DNA of 54,896 nucleotides from Gemmatimonadota bacterium. GTDB lineage: Bacteria > Gemmatimonadota > Gemmatimonadetes > Palauibacterales > KS3-K002. The stretch's first letter is position 1; every line of letters begins with the position of its first letter. The stretch is taken from the NCBI GenBank assembly GCA_039586795.1, contig JBDHJS010000031.1:1-54896 (forward strand). Direction: 5' to 3'. The notes beneath the pieces were generated by a model that was not told the origin of the DNA, searched no databases, and saw only the letters and a program-made list of their open reading frames with translations. A program made the translations under genes and the position numbers. Positions 46,558 through 54,896 of this stretch are shown here, one piece after another.

Positions 46558-47294
46558 ATGACTAGAGTGTGGCGGAGATCGACGCTCCTTCTGACCTGTG
46601 CTGCGGCCATTACGGGCCTCGGCGCGGCGCACGCGTACGTGATCCGGCAGGGCCCTGACTATACCGGCCTACCCCTGACCCTCGACCACCTGTTCGATCT
46701 GGCAGCCACGATCGGACTTGTCGCTATCTGCACCGCACTGGGCCGCTTCACGCTGAATCGCGTACGAATCGATTTCGGCGCGCTGGACAACCTCCTATTC
46801 GGAACCGCCATCGGCGCGGGCCTCCTGTCCACCGTGCTTCTGGCCCTCGGGTTGGCAGGAGGTTGCAATCCGTGGATCATCGGTGTGGTGATATTGGCTG
46901 TCGCGGCGCTGTCCTGGCGGAAGCTATCAGGAGTCCCGGCGTTGGTCAGCGAGGCCCTCCGGTCGATGAAGCCCCGAGGCGACGAGCGGGGGTAATGGTG
47001 ATTCGGTGTCACGGTGTTCGCGGTTGCCATAGGTGTCATGCTGGTACTAGCCGTGGCGCCGCCGGTAGACTCGGATACCCTGATGTATCACCTGCGCATT
47101 CCGGACCAGTACCTGAGGGCCGGACGCCTCTATCTACCCGAGGACAACCTCCTGGGTGGGATCGTCTCAACTGGAGTGCGTTCGAGGAGTTCGAGACCAG
47201 GTGCCTGGTGCCGGTGTACGAGAACACTTCCTTCACCATCTACCGGGTAAGGGAGCAGGCAGCCGCGCTCTCAGCCGAAGCAAACGGCAGGTGA
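46558..47294 (+). pseudogene. Degraded paralog of the downstream GT-C-like gene
   Basis: Aligns with the N-terminus of 47300-49222; stops TAA 46993-46995 and TGA 46999-47001; after PEDNL (~47151) it jumps in another frame to the C-terminal WSAFEEFETRCL. Confidence 0.9.
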
Positions 47295-47299
47295 GTCCT

Positions 47300-49222
47300 A
47301 TGATTCGTGAATCTCGTGATAAGTGGCTGCGGCCGGTCTTTGCCGGTCTGATGGTTGCCGGGATCACGACGGCGCACGTCCATGTCGTCCAGCAAGGCCC
47401 TGACTACACGGGCCTACTGCTCATCCTGGACCACCTGTTCGACCTAATCGCGGTGTTGGGCCTGGTTGCCATATGTGCCGGCCTGGGCAGCTTCGCGTTC
47501 CATCTGTTGAACGTCGAACTCGGTGATCCGCTTGACGATCTGATCTTCGCGACGGCCGTTGGCGCCGGGATCGTAGCGACGGCACTGCTCATCGTCGGGC
47601 TGTTGGGCGGCTTCGAGCGCTGGATTATCGGGGCGGTGATCTTCCTGGCAGCCGCGCTTTCGTGGCGGCAATTGATCCAGCTGCCGCGATCCCTCGGCGC
47701 GGCGCTGGGGTCGCTCAGGTGCGGCGACAATGAGCGGGCGTTGTGGAAGTTCGGCGTGGTGGTCTTCTCATCGATCATCGTCATGATGCTCGTGCTCGCC
47801 GTGGCGCCACCCGTCGACTGGGACGTGCTGATGTACCATCTGCGCGTCCCGGACCAGTACCTGGACGCGGGCCGCATCTACCTGCCGGAGGATAACCTCC
47901 ACGCTTCATTGGTCGGCTTGAACCACATGCTCTATATGCCGCTGTTGGCAGTCGCACTGCTGTGGGGCAGCTCGATGCTCTTCCTCGTAGCGATCACCCC
48001 CCGCGTCGACGTCACCGCCGCTCTATACGTCTTTCTTGCGCACTACGCGGTGCTCCTCGCGTTCACTCACGCTCCGGCACGGCGCTATTTGCTACTGGCC
48101 GCAGCTCTGTTGGGCTTCGCGGTCGGCGTGAAGAACACGGCCCTTCCCTACGTCGTCGGCATGGCACCGATCGTGCTCTGGGCCGCTCTTGCGCGGGATC
48201 GACGTCTCGCGACTTCGGCAGGGCTGTTGACGGGATTCGGTCTGGTTTTCGCCGCTGCTGCGCTGCCCTGGCTTGCCAAGAATTGGGTGCTTTTCGGCGC
48301 CCCGCTCTACCCGCACTACGTGAGACCACAGCTTCCGCCGTGGCTGTTGCCACTCTACGAGAGTGGCGACTACCCCCGTGGACTTGGCTCCTATTTGATG
48401 CAATCGGTATGGGAGGCCAAGCGCCCCAACCTGCTCTTCGCGTTCTACGATCCAGGGAGATTGACGCTCGAGTCGGAAGGTTTCCTGTACCTCCTGAACC
48501 CGGCGCTCCTGCTCCTCCCATTCGGGCTGTTCTTCATCAGGAATAGAACGCTTGCACGACTGGCGATCCCGGCCCTGGTACACGTGATCATCGTGCAGTT
48601 CGCGCTCGACAAGATCAATGTTCGCTATTTGATCCCAGCCGTTGCGCCGCTCACCATCTACGCTGTCTACATCATGGTGCAGCTGGGACGCATGAGATCA
48701 TCAGTGGCGAGCCGCCGCCTACTCATCGCTCTGTCGGTCGTCGCGCTGAGCCCCACGATCGCCACCTGCTACCTGACGTTGAGAAGCAAGGCGTTCCCAT
48801 ACCTCGTGGGGGTGAGCTCCGCGAACGAGTACATGGCGAGCCGAATACCGGGTGCCTTCATCGACGTGGTCAGCTACGTCAATAGCGAGCTACCTCCAAA
48901 CAGCCGCATACTCATGCTGTTCGATGCTCGCGGCTTCTATTTCGAGCCCCAGGTCATTCAGGACAACGGCAGCAAGAACTGGGCACTCATCGCCAATCGG
49001 CTACCGCCCGAAGGCTGCCTTGAGTTACTCAACATCACTCACGTGATGCTGCACGTCGGCACACTCGATTGGTTCGTTGAGCAGATCAGCGTGGATTCGG
49101 ACTATCTGAGGTGGAGCGCCTTCGAAGCGTTCGAGGCGCGTTGCCTGGAACCGGTTCTAGAGAACTCGGCGTTCACGCTCTACAGAGTGGAGGAGCGCCC
49201 GATCACTCCCGGCGATAGGTAG
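47300..49222 (+). CDS. Polytopic membrane protein, GT-C fold (ArnT/PMT-like) glycosyltransferase candidate
   Basis: Many TM segments; DWDVLMYHL, RVDV, GFAVGVK, PWLAKNW..GAPLYP, RYLIP; soluble C-terminal domain; start at ATG 47300. Confidence 0.72.
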   Translation: MIRESRDKWLRPVFAGLMVAGITTAHVHVVQQGPDYTGLLLILDHLFDLIAVLGLVAICAGLGSFAFHLLNVELGDPLDDLIFATAVGAGIVATALLIVGLLGGFERWIIGAVIFLAAALSWRQLIQLPRSLGAALGSLRCGDNERALWKFGVVVFSSIIVMMLVLAVAPPVDWDVLMYHLRVPDQYLDAGRIYLPEDNLHASLVGLNHMLYMPLLAVALLWGSSMLFLVAITPRVDVTAALYVFLAHYAVLLAFTHAPARRYLLLAAALLGFAVGVKNTALPYVVGMAPIVLWAALARDRRLATSAGLLTGFGLVFAAAALPWLAKNWVLFGAPLYPHYVRPQLPPWLLPLYESGDYPRGLGSYLMQSVWEAKRPNLLFAFYDPGRLTLESEGFLYLLNPALLLLPFGLFFIRNRTLARLAIPALVHVIIVQFALDKINVRYLIPAVAPLTIYAVYIMVQLGRMRSSVASRRLLIALSVVALSPTIATCYLTLRSKAFPYLVGVSSANEYMASRIPGAFIDVVSYVNSELPPNSRILMLFDARGFYFEPQVIQDNGSKNWALIANRLPPEGCLELLNITHVMLHVGTLDWFVEQISVDSDYLRWSAFEAFEARCLEPVLENSAFTLYRVEERPITPGDR

Positions 49223-49252
49223 CAAGACCATCTAGGAATGTGGCACAACGGA

Positions 49253-49270
49253 CCCCGCCGAGAAGCGGGG
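49253..49270. terminator. GC hairpin between convergent genes
   Basis: CCCCGC-CGAGAA-GCGGGG. Confidence 0.4.
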
Positions 49271-49292
49271 CCCGCGTGCTTGATGGCCGGTG

Positions 49293-49457
49293 CTATTCCT
49301 CCCGATCTTCCTCTATCTCAGCGGCTTCCTCCGGCGGGTTCTCCGCGTCGGCAGCCTCTTTCTTCAACCGCTTCTTCTCGGCCTTGGCCTCTCGCTTCTT
49401 CTGCTTCTTGAGCTCTCTCTGCTTCTTCTCGAATCCGTAGTTTGGCTTTCTCGCCAC
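49293..49457 (-). CDS. 54-aa small protein with basic N-half and acidic C-half (absent from ORF track)
   Basis: GGAGGTG RBS, GTG start; MARKPNYGFEKKQRELKKQKKREAKAEKKRLKKEAADAENPPEEAAEIEEDREE. Confidence 0.8.
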   Translation of the reverse strand: MARKPNYGFEKKQRELKKQKKREAKAEKKRLKKEAADAENPPEEAAEIEEDREE

Positions 49458-49548
49458 TCAGTCACCTCCGTTGGGTTGAGTCCTCAACACTCTCTGGATC
49501 GATACTACGGAAGGTAACTGCAGGCGGTGTCAAACCAAAACCCCGGCA

Positions 49549-49574
49549 GGAACCTCTTACTTGCTCCGGCGACC
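49549..49574 (+). promoter_or_regulatory. Candidate ECF-type promoter upstream of the sigma gene
   Basis: GGAAC - 16 nt - CGACC, resembling GGAAC/CGTC-type ECF promoters. Confidence 0.3.
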
Positions 49575-49656
49575 AAACCGTGGGTTATCTTGATCTTGTG
49601 CGTCGTATGGGTAGAGACTCGCGAGGGCTCTGACCTAACAGGAGGAGGACGTTCAG

Positions 49657-50223
49657 TTGCTGACCGAAACCGAGTTGGTTCAGATCTATAGAGAACATAC
49701 CGGGCCACTCTACGCGTACGTTTCCCGGCGCGTGGGCGGAGATCAAGCCCTGGCCGAGGATATCGTACAGGACGCCTGGCTGCGCGCCGTGGATCACTGG
49801 CCGCGCCGCGGGACCCCCGATAACCCCCGAGCCTGGTTGATTCGAGTCGCCCGCAACCTGCTGGTGAGTCATTTCAGACGCAAACGGCCAACGCCCGTAG
49901 ATCCCTCAGAGTTAGAGCTGGCGGCGGAGGACTACCGACCCGATTCGTCGCGGGCAGCGATGCTGGTCAGTTGGGGACTGGCGCGGATGCGACGCGGTCA
50001 GGCCGAGCTGCTCGAGTCGTTCTATTTCGATGACAAGAGCACGCGTGAAATTGCCGAAGATGGCGGGTTATCGGAGCGCGCCGTGGAAGGCCGCTTGCGC
50101 CGGGCGCGGCAGAACCTGGAGAAACGACTCAGACCGTATATAGGCGTCGAGGCGCCCGTCTCGATCCCCGTCGAGCCGGTTGCCGCCTTGAAGCTCTCTG
50201 AAGGAGGTAGGAACGATGCGTAA
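49657..50223 (+). CDS. ECF sigma-70 family factor
   Basis: GGAGGAGG RBS, TTG start; region 2 LAEDIVQDAWL..AWLIRVARN; region 4 STREIAE..SERAVEGRLRRAR. Confidence 0.95.
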   Translation: MLTETELVQIYREHTGPLYAYVSRRVGGDQALAEDIVQDAWLRAVDHWPRRGTPDNPRAWLIRVARNLLVSHFRRKRPTPVDPSELELAAEDYRPDSSRAAMLVSWGLARMRRGQAELLESFYFDDKSTREIAEDGGLSERAVEGRLRRARQNLEKRLRPYIGVEAPVSIPVEPVAALKLSEGGRNDA

Positions 50224-51148
50224 CCAACACGAACCCGACCCTCGCTTCGTCGACAGCCTGGAAGGTCAGCTCGCCAGAGAGTTGCGTCGAAAGAAGCGTG
50301 TAGGTACGAGCCCCAGCGTTCGCGCCATGAAGATGGGCAGCCTGATCGCCGGCTCCGTCATACTGGGCGCCGCCGCCATGGGCTTCACACAACAGCTCAG
50401 CGAATCCTGGCGACGGGAGCTGCTTGAGGCGCGGCTCGAACTTCAGCTTCAGCTGGCACAGCAGCGAGTCGAAATGCAGCTCGATGCCTTGGGGCTGACC
50501 CGCAGGGAGGTCGAGCAAGGCGTTCGCAGTGACAAAGATCTGTTGTACTTCGAACTGCGGATCGCCGAAGCTGAAGCCGACGCAAGAACCCGAGCGCTGG
50601 AGTTGGAAGAGCTGCGACAGTCGGGCCGCGAGCCGCAGGGCGTGCTGTCAGCGCCACTGGTCGATGGGCGCGACTTCGTCTCCGAGAAGATCAAGGTCCG
50701 CATGCAAGTCGCGCGTCACTATCTCGAGCTCACCCAGGGCGAAGTCGAACTGGCCCGGGAGCAGGCGGACGTCGGCGTGGTCTCCGAAGACCAAGTGCAG
50801 GCGCGGAGTTTAGTGGCTCAGGAAGCAGAGGCACAGCTGCAGTCTCTCGCGCAGCAACTCGAACTGCGCAGCGCCTACCTCGACGACGAACTGACGGCGG
50901 TGGAAGTCGAGCTCAAGATGCTGGAAGCGGAAGCGCAGAGCAGAGTCGTGGTACTGCGCCGCCAGAGCGACTACTTCCAGAACGAGTTGGCCCGTTACCA
51001 GGCCCAGGTCAACAGCGGTGTCATGCACGCGGCTGCACTCGCCGAACTCAGCACGCGGGTGGCGGAGGTAGCCGGCCAACTGCGCCTGGCGATGGCGGAG
51101 CTGGAGATCGTGCAGCGAGAGCTGCAGCGGAGATCGACCCGACGGTGA
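50216..51148 (+). CDS. Single-pass membrane protein with long coiled-coil domain, putative anti-sigma factor
   Basis: Overlaps the sigma gene; short basic N-terminus, TM GSLIAGSVILGAAAMGF, heptad-rich remainder. Confidence 0.7.
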   Translation: MRNQHEPDPRFVDSLEGQLARELRRKKRVGTSPSVRAMKMGSLIAGSVILGAAAMGFTQQLSESWRRELLEARLELQLQLAQQRVEMQLDALGLTRREVEQGVRSDKDLLYFELRIAEAEADARTRALELEELRQSGREPQGVLSAPLVDGRDFVSEKIKVRMQVARHYLELTQGEVELAREQADVGVVSEDQVQARSLVAQEAEAQLQSLAQQLELRSAYLDDELTAVEVELKMLEAEAQSRVVVLRRQSDYFQNELARYQAQVNSGVMHAAALAELSTRVAEVAGQLRLAMAELEIVQRELQRRSTRR

Positions 51149-51163
51149 TCCGTGAACTGCCGA

Positions 51164-51191
51164 GTTGAAGGCGCCGCACGGCGCCTTCAAC
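51164..51191. terminator. Perfect hairpin after the sigma/anti-sigma pair
   Basis: GTTGAAGGCGCC-GCAC-GGCGCCTTCAAC; no U tract. Confidence 0.55.
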
Positions 51192-51246
51192 CGGGCCAGG
51201 GGATGTCCCTTCCCCCGAGCCACATAATCCCCGATCTTCCTCCGTC

Positions 51247-53067
51247 ATGTCTGAAACCCCTACGTATCAGCGACTGTTCGCCGAGCTGAAGCGGCGCAAC
51301 GTATTCCGGGTGGCGGCGGTGTACGGCGCTACGGCGTTTGTCATCATCGAGGCGAGCGACCTCGTCTTCCCCCGCATTCCGTTGCCGGAGTGGACGATAG
51401 CTCTCGTGGTGTGGCTGGCGCTCCTGGGTCTGCCGCTAGCGCTGGCCCTGGCCTGGGCGTACGAACGGACGCCGGAAGGGCTCAAGGCGACGGACCCGGC
51501 AAAGACAGCAGAGCTCGAGGCGATCGCCAACCAGCCGCGCCGCAGCCGGTGGCCCGCCGGTATCGCCGCCGTCGCTGGCATCGCGCTTCTGTCCCTCGGC
51601 GCCTGGTGGACCCTGGCGCAGACTGGCCCCGGGGCTCGGACCTACGACTCCATAGCAGTGCTGCCGTTCGCCAACTTGAGCGGCGACACTGACAATCAGT
51701 ACTTCAGCGACGGGCTCGCGGATGAGTTGATCAACGCGCTGGCCGGCGTGGCAGACCTCAAGGTGGCGGGCCGGACGTCGTCGTTCGCGCTGCGCGACCA
51801 GAACCTGGACCTGCGCACCATCGGCGACACGCTCGATGTTGAAGCAGTGCTAGAGGGCAGCGTCCGACGCTCGGAAGATCGCGTGCGTATCACCGCGCAA
51901 CTCATCGACGCGGAGACCGGGTTCCACCTGTGGTCCGAGGAATACGACCGGGACATCACCGACATCTTCGTGGTCCAAGAGGAACTGGCACAGTCCATCG
52001 TGCGGGCCCTCGTCCCACGGCTGGGCGGTGACGCCGAAGAGCTGTATCGAGGCGGCACCTCGGACGTCCGGGCCTATGAACTGTACGTGTCCGGTCGGCA
52101 GAAGTGGTACACTCGAGAGAATGCGCTTCTGTGGGAAGCGGTGGACGACTTCGAAGAGGCCGTAGCTCGCGACCCCGAGTTCGCCCTCGGTTGGAGTGGA
52201 CTGGCCGACGCCATCGATGCTCTCGCGTTTCGGGACGCGCGAGCCCAGGCGTTGATACCGCGAGCCATGGAGGCGGCGCAAAGGGCCGTGCTCCTGGACC
52301 CAAGCCTAGCCGAGGGTTGGGCCTCGTGGGGCGTTCTCGCGTCCGAGGCGGACCGGGATTGGACGACAGCCGAACTGGCGCTCAAGCGAGCGCTGGCGCT
52401 CAAGCCCTCCTACGCGTATGCCCGTGCCATGCTGGGGGATATGCTCCGCTACCAGGGACGGATCAAGGAAGCGATCGAACAGCATCGCGCCGCGCTGGCC
52501 CTCGACCCACTCTCACCCGTCGTCAACGGAGTGCTCGGAATATCACTGGCTACCGGGCGCCTGTATGGCGAGGCTCGCGCCCAGCTCGAAGGCACACTCG
52601 CCGCCGGAGACCCGGAGGCCGCCCGCATCTCTCTCCTTCTCTGGGGTCGCCTGATGGACCTGACGAGAGAAGAGTTGGCGAGCCACGCCGTCGAGCTCGC
52701 GCGGACGTTGGGCGCTCCGGATCCGGATATCGCCGTCGCGATCGGATACGCTATTGGGAGTGACGGGACGGACGAAGAGCTAAACGCCGAAGCTCAAGAT
52801 GCCGTCGCCTCACTGATCGCGGACAGCGTCTTCACTGTCCGCCAGATCATCACGCTGTACGCGGTACTGGGAGACCATGAGACGGCACTGCAGTGGGTCG
52901 AGCGGGCCAGCAACATCAACGACCTTTCGTTCGGTTTTCTCGGCATCGACCCGGCGCTCGATCCGCTTCGGGATGACCCCCGCATGCAGCGCCTGATGGA
53001 CGAGCTGGGCCTGCCGAACGGTTACGACCCGGTAGCCGATACGTACGAGCCGGGGGGCGCACCATAG
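51247..53067 (+). CDS. Membrane-anchored TolB-like domain and TPR protein
   Basis: ELKRRNVFRVAAVY, three TM segments, SIAVLPFANLS..YFSDGLADELIN, LEGSVRR, TPR repeats (ALALDPLS). Confidence 0.9.
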   Translation: MSETPTYQRLFAELKRRNVFRVAAVYGATAFVIIEASDLVFPRIPLPEWTIALVVWLALLGLPLALALAWAYERTPEGLKATDPAKTAELEAIANQPRRSRWPAGIAAVAGIALLSLGAWWTLAQTGPGARTYDSIAVLPFANLSGDTDNQYFSDGLADELINALAGVADLKVAGRTSSFALRDQNLDLRTIGDTLDVEAVLEGSVRRSEDRVRITAQLIDAETGFHLWSEEYDRDITDIFVVQEELAQSIVRALVPRLGGDAEELYRGGTSDVRAYELYVSGRQKWYTRENALLWEAVDDFEEAVARDPEFALGWSGLADAIDALAFRDARAQALIPRAMEAAQRAVLLDPSLAEGWASWGVLASEADRDWTTAELALKRALALKPSYAYARAMLGDMLRYQGRIKEAIEQHRAALALDPLSPVVNGVLGISLATGRLYGEARAQLEGTLAAGDPEAARISLLLWGRLMDLTREELASHAVELARTLGAPDPDIAVAIGYAIGSDGTDEELNAEAQDAVASLIADSVFTVRQIITLYAVLGDHETALQWVERASNINDLSFGFLGIDPALDPLRDDPRMQRLMDELGLPNGYDPVADTYEPGGAP

Positions 53068-53168
53068 CGCTCCGTAGACGTTCCACCCAATAGACACTCG
53101 GCCTCTAGAGATGATTGAGTATGGGTGGAGGAAAGTTTGGAGTTGAACGATGACCGTAGCGTGACCTG

Positions 53169-54392
53169 ATGAAGTTGTCGCCGATATTTGCCTGTTTGAT
53201 TGTCATACCTTGGGTCACCATCGGTTGCGAACAACCTCCGTTGCCTCACGATGCAAGCACGGCGAGAGACAGCGGAGGCGTTCGCATCGTAGAGAACAGC
53301 CTTGGCGCCGCCTGGTCAACCGCGTGGGAGGTAGCTACCGAACCACTGCTTACCGTCGGGAGCATCGACGGAGATCAAGGTCAGGTACTCTTCCAGGTTA
53401 CGGGAGCCGTTGGGATGACGGGCGGCGGGTTCGTCGTGGCGAACGCGGGGCGGTACGAGTTGCTGTTCTACGACGGGGATGGGCGCTTCATGAGGCGGGC
53501 GGGAAGACGCGGAGGAGGCCCCGGAGAGTTTCTGTCGCTGGAGTGGGTGACGCGATACGGGCCCGATTCGATCCTGACCGTTGATGTCCGGGCACACCGT
53601 GTATCGTACTTCGATAACGACGGTAACTTCGGACGCTCGGTGAGACTGGAGCCAGGTGCCCAAATCCCATTTCCCCGCCCGGTCGGGGTCTTTGCCGATG
53701 GAGGCCTGCTTGCGACCCAGGGCACGTTCAGTCTCGGTGGCGACCCGCCGATCCGGGCATTGCGGACGCAGGTGCCTCTATTCCGCTACGAGCCTGACGG
53801 AAGCACGGCGACCTTGGTTGGCTCGTTTCAAGGGCCTGAGTGGGTCGTCGTTCCCACAGGGCGGATGAGATCTCTAGAACGGCGCCGAAGACCTTTTGGA
53901 AGGGAAACCGTCTTCGCGGCTGCGGGTGACCGCTTCTACGTTGCCGACAACGAGACCTACGAAATCCGAGCCTACACACTAGCGGGTCGACTGATGCAGG
54001 TGATTCGAAAGTCGGGGACTCCCCTCCCGGTTGAAGATTCCGACATTCGGGTCTACGAGGATTCCGCCCTCGCGGGTGCAGACGCCTTCACGCAGGCTCA
54101 GTTACGCTTGCTCTTCGATAGCCAGCCACCTGCGCCGCAAACCTATCCCGCCTACGCTCCCGACATCCTTGTCGACAGCGATATGAACCTCTGGGTAAGG
54201 GAGTCGAGCCGGCTGGGCGACGAGCGCTCAAAGTGGAGCGTCTTCACGGATGAAGGAGAACTCCTGGGGGAAGTCGATATGCCTCCAGGCCTGCGTGTCC
54301 TCGACATCGGGACTGATTACGTTCTCGGCCTGCAGCGTGACGAGTTGGACGTAGAGTACATCCAGAAGTATCCACTCCGCAGAACATATTGA
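53169..54392 (+). CDS. 6-bladed beta-propeller lipoprotein
   Basis: Lipobox-like TIGC; RDSGGVRIVEN, GRRGGGPGEF, VDSDMNLWV, RDELDVEYI. Confidence 0.82.
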   Translation: MKLSPIFACLIVIPWVTIGCEQPPLPHDASTARDSGGVRIVENSLGAAWSTAWEVATEPLLTVGSIDGDQGQVLFQVTGAVGMTGGGFVVANAGRYELLFYDGDGRFMRRAGRRGGGPGEFLSLEWVTRYGPDSILTVDVRAHRVSYFDNDGNFGRSVRLEPGAQIPFPRPVGVFADGGLLATQGTFSLGGDPPIRALRTQVPLFRYEPDGSTATLVGSFQGPEWVVVPTGRMRSLERRRRPFGRETVFAAAGDRFYVADNETYEIRAYTLAGRLMQVIRKSGTPLPVEDSDIRVYEDSALAGADAFTQAQLRLLFDSQPPAPQTYPAYAPDILVDSDMNLWVRESSRLGDERSKWSVFTDEGELLGEVDMPPGLRVLDIGTDYVLGLQRDELDVEYIQKYPLRRTY

Positions 54393-54706
54393 ACGTCGCG
54401 ACGCACGGCCTGGCGCACAAAGTAGCTTGTGTGCCCCCGACTCGCCTACACGAGCGCGAGACGAGGCCACTATTCGCTACAGGTGATGCTCGGGTTCCCC
54501 GGTCAACGGTTGCCGGTGTGCCAGACCACGGCCTGTTGGAGGCCGTTTGCATCCAGACCGATGCCGCGAGGGGTATGGAGAGAATCAGGCAGGTGCCGGA
54601 CCTTCGACCGAATAACGATCTGGCCGGCTCTGTAAGGGCGCGGAGTTGGAGATCATGCAGCAAGAGTTGGCACGCAGGCCGCCCTGCGACCCTGTGCCCC
54701 TAATAT

Positions 54707-54748
54707 CAGGCCCTGCACCGGACACAACCAACGCCAGTGCAGGGCCTG
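54707..54748. repeat. Perfect 12-bp inverted repeat downstream of the last CTD gene
   Basis: CAGGCCCTGCAC - 18 nt - GTGCAGGGCCTG; adjacent small hairpin TCACGAG-TTC-CTCGTGA. Confidence 0.6.
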
Positions 54749-54783
54749 CTCACGAGTTCCTCGTGAAGGGTGAGTGCTAACTC

Positions 54784-54894
54784 CTATTTAATCAGGACGA
54801 ATTTGCCCCGCGCCTGCCCAATGTCACTTCCATCCGTGTTCCGGGCCGTCACGACGAACAGATACAGACCGGCCGCCATGTCGTTACCCTCTCG
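54784..54894 (-). CDS. 3' end of another protein with the T9SS-like CTD (continues beyond window)
   Basis: Reads REGNDMAAGLYLFVVTARNTDGSDIGQARGKFVLIK-stop, homologous to REGNEFGAGLYLYVMEA..KRGKFVII. Confidence 0.85.
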   Translation of the reverse strand, partial: REGNDMAAGLYLFVVTARNTDGSDIGQARGKFVLIK

Positions 54895-54896
54895 GG

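Noticed and set aside
46993..47001. In-frame TAA/TGA as recoding (selenocysteine or readthrough)
   Set aside because: Two different stops two codons apart plus a downstream frameshifting deletion fit pseudogenisation; the paralog has Leu and Lys here
54754..54780. GAGTGCTAA, the right arm of a CIRCE (HrcA) operator
   Set aside because: The position of the left arm reads GAGTTCCTC, not TTAGCACTC, and no chaperone gene follows

Overview
High-GC bacterial chromosomal window, probably from Gemmatimonadota or a related FCB lineage. This is inferred from the protein families present (beta-propeller lipoprotein, TolB-like/TPR protein, secreted proteins with a T9SS-like C-terminal domain). It holds about 45 CDS and 7 tRNA genes in three minus-strand loci (Thr-Gly-Pro-Pro; Val-Ala; Asp), each preceded by a TTGACC/TAnATT promoter. 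Most genes are ordinary (pdxH, recQ, ClC, MFS, Gld-like ABC transporter, hydrolases). No transposase, integrase, rRNA or CRISPR array was recognised. Main points of interest: (1) a compact carrier-protein operon at 39270-46052 (ACP, adenylating ligase, PP-loop ATPase, AsnB-like amidotransferase, acyl-CoA dehydrogenase with Asp at the usual catalytic Glu, GNAT) next to GT-C-like membrane genes; (2) a family of secreted proteins sharing a T9SS-like CTD, including an ORF that is only signal peptide plus CTD; (3) several 'collapsed' genes that keep start and end but lack the middle; (4) 7-nt periodic intergenic repeats, often in mirrored arrays, and a ~68-bp three-copy repeat bracketing a small gene; (5) an ECF sigma factor paired with a membrane-anchored coiled-coil protein with TolC-like turns. 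All calls come from reading motifs by eye; no database search was run, and all counts are manual.
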